Shown here: piece by piece, positions 24,927 to 30,583 of the stretch
How positions within the stretch are numbered: the first letter of the stretch is position 1
How the letters are laid out: each line of letters opens with the position of its first letter
Origin: Candidatus Sumerlaeia bacterium
Lineage (GTDB): Bacteria > Sumerlaeota > Sumerlaeia > SLMS01
Assembly: GCA_038208905.1 (NCBI GenBank)
Contig: JBBQYG010000033.1
Location: 1-30,583 of the forward strand
Length of the DNA stretch: 30,583 nt
Reading direction: 5' to 3'
Made by a program: the position numbers and the translations under genes
Notes under the pieces: model-generated
The model's database searches: none
Told to the model about the DNA's origin: nothing
The model's input: the letters and a program-made list of their open reading frames with translations, nothing else

Positions 24927-26239
24927 TTGCCGCCTCCCGATGGATCCAGGCTGAAGATCGGCAGCATCATCGCGATCACGATGAAGCCCACGATCAGGCC
25001 CATCACCACGATGATCAGCGGCTCGATGAGAGACGTCATGGCGCGGACCGACCGGTCCACCTGCGCCTCGAAGGAATCGCTGATGCGCAAGAGCACCTCC
25101 GGCAGGCGGCCCGTCTCCTCGCCGATGGCGATCATGTTGACGGCGATGGCGGGGAAGACATTGCTTCCGGAGAGGGGCTTGGCCACGCTCGATCCCTGCG
25201 TGATTTCCTCGATCACGTTGTGGACTTCCGCCTTGAAGACCGTATTGTCGAGCACTTCGCGGACAATGTCGAGCGCGCTCAGGATCGAGACGCCATTGCG
25301 CAGCAGCGAGCCGAGCGTGCGCGTGAACCGCGCTACCTCTCGCTTCTGGATCAGCGGGCCGATCACCGGGATGCGAAGCTGGGCGCTGTGCCACATCGAG
25401 CGGCCCTCCACCGTGTTCAGGAACTGCATTGCCCCGCCCACGAGCACGACGATGAGGAGCAGGATCACATACCAGTAGTGCTGTGTGAAGTGGCTGATCG
25501 TGATCAAGAGCTGCGTAGGTCCGGGGAGCGCCTGGCCAAGCTGCTCGAACGTACCCGTGATCTTGGGAATGACGTAGCTGAACATGACGAAGATTGCCCC
25601 CGACCCGGCGAACACCATCACCGCGGGATACGCCAGCGCCGCCTTCACCTTGCCGCGAAGCTGCTCCTCCGATTCCGACATGTCGGCGAGCCGGTTGAGC
25701 ACCTCGTCCAACATGCCGCCCGCCTCGCCGGACTTCACCATGGCGACGTAAAGTTTGCTGAACACGGTCGGGTGCTTCTTCAGCGAATCCGCGAAGGTGG
25801 AGCCCGACTGCACATCGTCGAGTATTTGGGTGATGATCTCCTTCAGCTTCTCGTTTTCCGTCTGCCGCTGGATGATCGCGAGGGCCTTTACCAGCGGGAT
25901 CCCCGCGCCGATCAGGTCGGCGACCTGGCGGTTGAGCGCCGCGATTTCCGGCGTGCCGATTCCGCGGCGCTTGAAGAGGCCGTCGAATCCCTTTTTAGCG
26001 CCGCCGGGTGCCGCAACGCGCGTGGCGGCGCCCTTCCTGGCTGGCCCCGCCGTCGGCTTGGCGGCGGCCTTGGGGGCCTCCGCGCGCTTGGGCGTTGCTC
26101 CGCCGCCGCCGGTGATGGCGATGGGAAAGAAACCCATTTGCTGGAGCCGCGTCACCACGGCGCCACGCCCGTCGGCGTCCATCGTGCCCTCCACGATGGC
26201 GCCCTTTACGTCCTTGGCCTTGTAGTTGAAAGTTGCCAT
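24923..26239 (-). CDS. gspF: Type II secretion/type IV pilus inner-membrane platform protein (GspF/PilC)
   Basis: MATFNYKA, AGIPLVKAL, GEAGGMLDEVL, ALAYP, GEETGRL and LIEPLII motifs. Confidence 0.93.
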   Translation of the reverse strand: MATFNYKAKDVKGAIVEGTMDADGRGAVVTRLQQMGFFPIAITGGGGATPKRAEAPKAAAKPTAGPARKGAATRVAAPGGAKKGFDGLFKRRGIGTPEIAALNRQVADLIGAGIPLVKALAIIQRQTENEKLKEIITQILDDVQSGSTFADSLKKHPTVFSKLYVAMVKSGEAGGMLDEVLNRLADMSESEEQLRGKVKAALAYPAVMVFAGSGAIFVMFSYVIPKITGTFEQLGQALPGPTQLLITISHFTQHYWYVILLLIVVLVGGAMQFLNTVEGRSMWHSAQLRIPVIGPLIQKREVARFTRTLGSLLRNGVSILSALDIVREVLDNTVFKAEVHNVIEEITQGSSVAKPLSGSNVFPAIAVNMIAIGEETGRLPEVLLRISDSFEAQVDRSVRAMTSLIEPLIIVVMGLIVGFIVIAMMLPIFSLDPSGGGK

Positions 26240-26251
26240 TCGTGCGCGGCA

Positions 26252-28057
26252 TTACAGCTCGATGCCGACGTCCTCCAGGGGCTTGAGTTCCGGGGCGGCC
26301 GCGGGGGTGTCGCCCTCCGCGGACGGCTGATTGTCGTACTCGTTATTGAACTCGTCCTCCATCGTCACGCGGAGAACCTCGTCACAGGTCGTCGCGCCCG
26401 CCTTGATCTTCTCCCACCCGCTGAATCGGATTGGGCGCATGCCGTCCTTCATGGCCGTCGCCTTCACGTCGTTGGCGGAGGAGTTGTTGACGATCTTGCG
26501 GCGGACGGATTCGTTCATCCGCACCATTTCTACGATTACCGTTCGGCCAGAGTATCCCGTGTAGCGGCACGACTCGCATCCGGCGCGGCGCTTGAACTGG
26601 ATGTTGGACGTGTTCTCCCGCGTCATGTTGAGCTGGCGGATCAGGTCGGGGTCGGGGGTGTAGGTCTGCTTGCAATGAGGGCACAGCACGCGGACCAGGC
26701 GCTGGGCAAGCACGCCCTCCACGGAGGAGGCGATCAGGAATGGTTCCACGCCCATGTCGGTCAGTCGCGTGAACGCGCCGCAGGCGTCGTTGGTGTGCAG
26801 CGTCGAGAACACCAAGTGCCCCGTCATGGCGGTGGCGATGGTGATCTTGGCGGTCTCGGGATCGCGCGTCTCGCCGACCATGATCACGTCGGGGTCGAGT
26901 CGCAGCGTCGTTCGCAGGATGCGCGCGAAGGTCAACCCGATCGGCGCGTTTACCTGAATCTGCGTCACGCCGGGAATGCGGTACTCGATGGGGTCCTCGA
27001 TCGTGAGGATCTTGCGGTCCACCGTGTTGATTTCGGAGAGCGACGCATACAGCGTCGTGGACTTGCCGGAACCCGTGGGGCCCGTAACGAAGATAATGCC
27101 ATAGGGCTTCTGGATCATCTGGCGCATCAGCGCCATGTGGTCGCCGGCAAATCCCAGGCGCTCCAACGTGGTCATCTCGGAATTGCGGGAGAGAATACGG
27201 ATGGCGATGGACTCGCCATAGGGCGTGGGCACCGTCGCAACGCGGAGGTCGAATTCCTTGGTCCCCATCTTGATCTTGATCTTGCCGTCCTGGGGTAGTC
27301 GCCGCTCGGCGATGTTCAGGTCGGCCATGATCTTCACGCGGCTGATGATCGCCGCCTGGAACTTCTTGATGGCCGGCGGGATCGGAGCCTCGTAGAGCAT
27401 GCCGTCGATGCGGTAGCGGATGCGCAACTCCATGTCCATCGGCTCGACGTGGATGTCCGTCGCGCGGTCGCGCATCGCCTCCTGGATGAGCTGGTTCACG
27501 AACTTGATGATGGTGGCGTCCGCCGCCATCTCGTCGATGTCGATGTTTTCCGAGAGACTAACCTCGTCGGTTAATCCTTCGTCGATGCGGTCCTGGGCGA
27601 GGCGGTCCATCACGGCGCGCGCGATGCCGTAGATGTTGTTCCGCGCCTTGTCGATTTCGCCCCTTGGGGAGACGACCACGTCCACCTCGACTGCGAGCTG
27701 GCGCCGCAGCTCGTCCACCATGTACATGTCGTGGGGGTCCGACGTCGCGATCGTCAGGACGCCATCGGCGAGGGAGAGCGGAAGGATGCCGAAGTGCTCG
27801 GCCAGTTCCGCCGGCACCAGCGCCACCGCCGCGTCGTCCGGCTTGGCATCGGTCATCTTGCGATAGGGGAGGTGGAGGGACTTCGCCACCGCCTGCAGGA
27901 CGTCCTCTTCCTCGCAGAGGCCCATCTTGACGAGGACGGCTTCGAGGCGCTCGCCCGACTTGTGGGCGTCGCGGATCGCGGAGTCGAGCGAGTCCGGGTC
28001 CAGCTTCCCCATCTCGACCAGAACCTGCCCAAGTTGCGTGTCAGTGGATTGGATCAT
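26252..28057 (-). CDS. gspE: Type II secretion/type IV pilus assembly ATPase (GspE/PilB)
   Basis: ATDIHVEP, ERRLPQDG, Walker A GPTGSGKSTT, LRLDPDVIMVGETRD, TGHLVFSTLHTN and the CPHC/CESC zinc site. Confidence 0.95.
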   Translation of the reverse strand: MIQSTDTQLGQVLVEMGKLDPDSLDSAIRDAHKSGERLEAVLVKMGLCEEEDVLQAVAKSLHLPYRKMTDAKPDDAAVALVPAELAEHFGILPLSLADGVLTIATSDPHDMYMVDELRRQLAVEVDVVVSPRGEIDKARNNIYGIARAVMDRLAQDRIDEGLTDEVSLSENIDIDEMAADATIIKFVNQLIQEAMRDRATDIHVEPMDMELRIRYRIDGMLYEAPIPPAIKKFQAAIISRVKIMADLNIAERRLPQDGKIKIKMGTKEFDLRVATVPTPYGESIAIRILSRNSEMTTLERLGFAGDHMALMRQMIQKPYGIIFVTGPTGSGKSTTLYASLSEINTVDRKILTIEDPIEYRIPGVTQIQVNAPIGLTFARILRTTLRLDPDVIMVGETRDPETAKITIATAMTGHLVFSTLHTNDACGAFTRLTDMGVEPFLIASSVEGVLAQRLVRVLCPHCKQTYTPDPDLIRQLNMTRENTSNIQFKRRAGCESCRYTGYSGRTVIVEMVRMNESVRRKIVNNSSANDVKATAMKDGMRPIRFSGWEKIKAGATTCDEVLRVTMEDEFNNEYDNQPSAEGDTPAAAPELKPLEDVGIEL

Positions 28058-28087
28058 CGGGAAGGTCTCCGGGAAAATCGGCGCTTA

Positions 28088-28111
28088 CCAAACCGCGTCC
28101 TCGCGGTTTGG
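28088..28111. other. Perfect stem-loop upstream of gspE
   Basis: CCAAACCGCG-TCCT-CGCGGTTTGG, a 10-bp perfect stem in the 71-bp gap; no strong U-tract on the - strand. Confidence 0.65.
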
Positions 28112-28128
28112 GGATGGCGAAAATGCGG

Positions 28129-30189
28129 TTAGATCAGTGATTCGCGCATTTTCTTCGCCGGCATCAATGATAGCAGCAACACCAGCGCCAGAAGTGCCGC
28201 CGTGGCGGTAAATTTGAGCCGCCAGATTCGGGTGCAGAACTGCTCCACCGGACTGAGCGGGCGCGGAGTCACGTACTCGCCCCCCGCTGGCGCCAGGTAC
28301 CTGCCGCCCCCCGCCCACGTCCAATAGAGTTCGAACCGCGGCGCGATATTTGGCGCGGGCTCGCCAATGGTCACGCGGATCAGATGGGTCCCCCGCGCCA
28401 GATCGAGTGAAACCTCGCCCAGGGCCATCCGCCCGGGGTCCGTGCCGGTCTGGGAGTGAACCACCGCCTCGTCGATCTCGATCTGAAAGGGCGCGTTGGA
28501 TTTCGTGTGCAGTTTCAGGCCGCCGTTTAGCGGATACTCCAGCCACCCTTCCCATGTGCCACCTTCTCCATCCAGGAGCAGGTGTTGCGGACGGCCCGCT
28601 GGCGGGGGAGCGCCATCGCCGCTTTTCCACCCCCGCGGACCCGACATCAAATTCACCGCTAACAATCCGACGAGATATGCCATCGCGATCAGGAGCGATC
28701 GCTCGACGCCGTCCGAAGCAATCCCCAGCAACCCCTTTGGTTTCAGGCCCACGTGCTCGCGCAGCTTGCGCGTCAGCGGCACCAGCGCAATGATGATCAG
28801 AACGACGCCAAGGCCATCCACCGTTATCCTCAACGCCTTCGTCAGGCCGACCGCCACGTCTGGCAAGGGGGCGCCCTCAAGCCAAGCCTGCCAGAGCGAA
28901 AGCTGTGGGAGGAACAGCCACTCGTTCTCTTCGCGGTGGAATCCCCATGTGTGGTTCCACCAATCGATGGGCGCGTGCCGCGCATAGATGTAGGCCATGA
29001 GGCCAGACCAGATAAGCGCAAGCGAGAGCGTGAGCTGCAATCCCTGTGGCAGATGGCGGCGGCGCTCGATGGCACCGGCAACGGCGACCGCCAGCAGCGC
29101 CACGCACGGCAGAAGGAACCGCGGGCCACTCGTCCATCCACCGTGCCACGTCCAGAACTGCCCGTGAAACACCAGCGAGAACAGAGTGACCGCGACAGCC
29201 AGCGCGAGGACAGACCGCGCGCGCCCGCCCAGATGACCCCAGCACAGGATCGGAACAATGGCGACTGGGAAGAAAACAAGCAAGCCGCGCTCGGGGCTCG
29301 TGAGGAGCCCATGCAGTCCGGTCGCCAGTGGCGTGCTGAACGCCTGCCCCTCGTAGCCGGTGGAAAGCGGGTTTCCCCTCAATACCCAATTGACCGCAAG
29401 CGCGGCGAGCACCCCCAGGGCGATGCCCGCAATTCCCCCCAGCAACGCGCCGCGGTCGGCCCCGAGTCGCCACCCCCAGAGCAGGCAGATCCCCAGTAGC
29501 GGGGCCATCGCCGTGCGGGCAAGCATCGCCGCCAACGCACATGCCCCCGCCGCCAACGCGAGCCGCGCGCTCCCGCCACCATCGCCGGACCGCATCAGGC
29601 ACGCCGCAAGACCGACCAGCCCCACTGAGGAGAGAAGTTCGCTGTAGAAGGTCGTCGAGGCCGGGAGCATCGGGCTCGCCGCCATCGCGATCACGACGGC
29701 TAGCCAGCGGCGCTCACCTTCCAACAGCGTCGCGCCCAGCACACCAAGGAATCCCAACAGCACCGCGTTCGTCAGTGGGAGTAAGCTACTCCCGGAACCG
29801 CGGAGAAAGATCGACCCAGAAAGCATCTTCTCCAGCAGGTAGGCAGGCACCCCGATGATCGGCGTTCCGATACCGTAGCCCGTGAAACGCTGCCCGTAAA
29901 GTTCGCGGTCGAAGACGAGGGAGAACCGCTCGGCGATGCTGCGCGCCGTTTCCGCCATGAGCTGTTCGTCGGACGTCGCCAACACTCCGTGGAAGAAGAG
30001 CAGCGACAACCCCACCAGCGCGGCCCACGCCCCGAACGCTCCGCCGGCCGGCCTTTCCCTCGCGGCAACCTGTCCCACGTCTTGGCGCGCCCCCTGATTC
30101 ACACGATTCGGAAGCCATGCTGAGGGGGCTGGGGATGACGCGCAATGGGGGAAAAGGGATGGGGACGACTCAATCGCGATCCCAGCCAC
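28129..30189 (-). CDS. Polytopic membrane protein, probable GT-C-fold glycosyltransferase with C-terminal PA14-like soluble domain
   Basis: Acidic SDE loop after TM1, many TM segments, PERGLLVFFP and WHGGWTSGPRFLLP motifs, then a beta-rich domain (WEGWLEYP...GTHLIRV...FELYW) and a final TM. Start uncertain (could be GTG 30078). Confidence 0.68.
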   Translation of the reverse strand: MAGIAIESSPSLFPHCASSPAPSAWLPNRVNQGARQDVGQVAARERPAGGAFGAWAALVGLSLLFFHGVLATSDEQLMAETARSIAERFSLVFDRELYGQRFTGYGIGTPIIGVPAYLLEKMLSGSIFLRGSGSSLLPLTNAVLLGFLGVLGATLLEGERRWLAVVIAMAASPMLPASTTFYSELLSSVGLVGLAACLMRSGDGGGSARLALAAGACALAAMLARTAMAPLLGICLLWGWRLGADRGALLGGIAGIALGVLAALAVNWVLRGNPLSTGYEGQAFSTPLATGLHGLLTSPERGLLVFFPVAIVPILCWGHLGGRARSVLALAVAVTLFSLVFHGQFWTWHGGWTSGPRFLLPCVALLAVAVAGAIERRRHLPQGLQLTLSLALIWSGLMAYIYARHAPIDWWNHTWGFHREENEWLFLPQLSLWQAWLEGAPLPDVAVGLTKALRITVDGLGVVLIIIALVPLTRKLREHVGLKPKGLLGIASDGVERSLLIAMAYLVGLLAVNLMSGPRGWKSGDGAPPPAGRPQHLLLDGEGGTWEGWLEYPLNGGLKLHTKSNAPFQIEIDEAVVHSQTGTDPGRMALGEVSLDLARGTHLIRVTIGEPAPNIAPRFELYWTWAGGGRYLAPAGGEYVTPRPLSPVEQFCTRIWRLKFTATAALLALVLLLSLMPAKKMRESLI

Positions 30190-30195
30190 AATCCC

Positions 30196-30583
30196 CTAAT
30201 GAATACTGGGGACTTCCGATATTCCCATGAGTTCACAAAAGCGGCGCAGCAGTGCTTTGTCGGTCAGATGCACACCACGCACATCTGCGAGCCAGAACCG
30301 ATCACCCTCTCCCGTGGACTCCACACTGCAGCCGTGCTGCCGGAGGATTCGCTTTGTCTCATCCGGTCTATGGAGGCGTCTTGTCTTCCATTGCAGGTGA
30401 ACGCTCTTCGGCGAAATGTGCGCAATAGTCTCGCCATTCAGGAGAATGGCCCAGTGGCTGAATCTCCCACTCTTGGAGAATTCTCTGATTTGATAGGAAC
30501 CACTGGCGGATTCCTTTGCAACGGGAGAGGGAACCCGGATGGCGGCCGGAGTTGGCTCCATGGGCTTCGACGGCAAGACTGGC
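30196..30583 (-). CDS. Hypothetical protein, C-terminal part (5' end outside window)
   Basis: The frame of ORF 30196..30576 stays open to the window edge; protein-like composition; visibly less GC-rich than the neighbouring genes. Confidence 0.55.
   Translation of the reverse strand, partial: PVLPSKPMEPTPAAIRVPSPVAKESASGSYQIREFSKSGRFSHWAILLNGETIAHISPKSVHLQWKTRRLHRPDETKRILRQHGCSVESTGEGDRFWLADVRGVHLTDKALLRRFCELMGISEVPSIH

Noticed and set aside
24927-25394. N-terminal 156 aa of track ORF 24135..25394, and similar extensions of 19580..21451, 18476..19297 and 1171..1863
   Set aside because: They overlap upstream genes or spacers in another frame; true starts are marked by a prepilin motif, RBS or stop-start overlap.
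25980-26115. Ala/Pro/Gly/Lys-rich stretch in GspF
   Set aside because: Low-complexity linker after the N-terminal domain, a commonly variable position; no repeat structure.
20631-27298. Long + strand ORFs (20631..22619, 22616..23647, 25220..27298)
   Set aside because: Antisense shadows of gsp genes, as expected from high-GC codon bias; no motifs.

Overview
GC-rich bacterial chromosomal window with no rRNA, tRNA, CRISPR array or mobile element recognisable. The gene repertoire suggests a poorly characterised lineage, but taxonomy cannot be fixed from the sequence. From left to right: a GT4 glycosyltransferase running off the left edge (missed by the ORF track), an orphan PTS IIA gene, a doubly frameshifted SRPBCC/AHSA1 gene, a stand-alone receiver protein and a TPR protein resembling a STAND protein without its NTPase. 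Next is a six-gene cytoplasmic uronate/glycoside catabolic operon (GH88-like hydrolase, Gfo/Idh/MocA oxidoreductase, TIM-barrel isomerase, SDR, kdgK, eda) divergent from an AraC regulator. Then come a hypothetical gene, a GT4 plus O-antigen-ligase-like pair, and miaA divergent from an unusually long rpoN (666 aa, two insertions, one apparently built of ~24-aa repeats). A nine-gene T2SS/type IV pilus-type operon (gspE, F, H, I, J, K, pilM-pilN fusion, pilO/gspM, an orphan membrane protein) lacks gspG, gspD and prepilin peptidase. It is preceded by a GT-C-like membrane protein and a partial ORF at the right edge. The best leads are the expanded sigma-54, the KduI-less sugar-acid operon, and the hybrid secretion/pilus operon with a candidate sigma-54 promoter.
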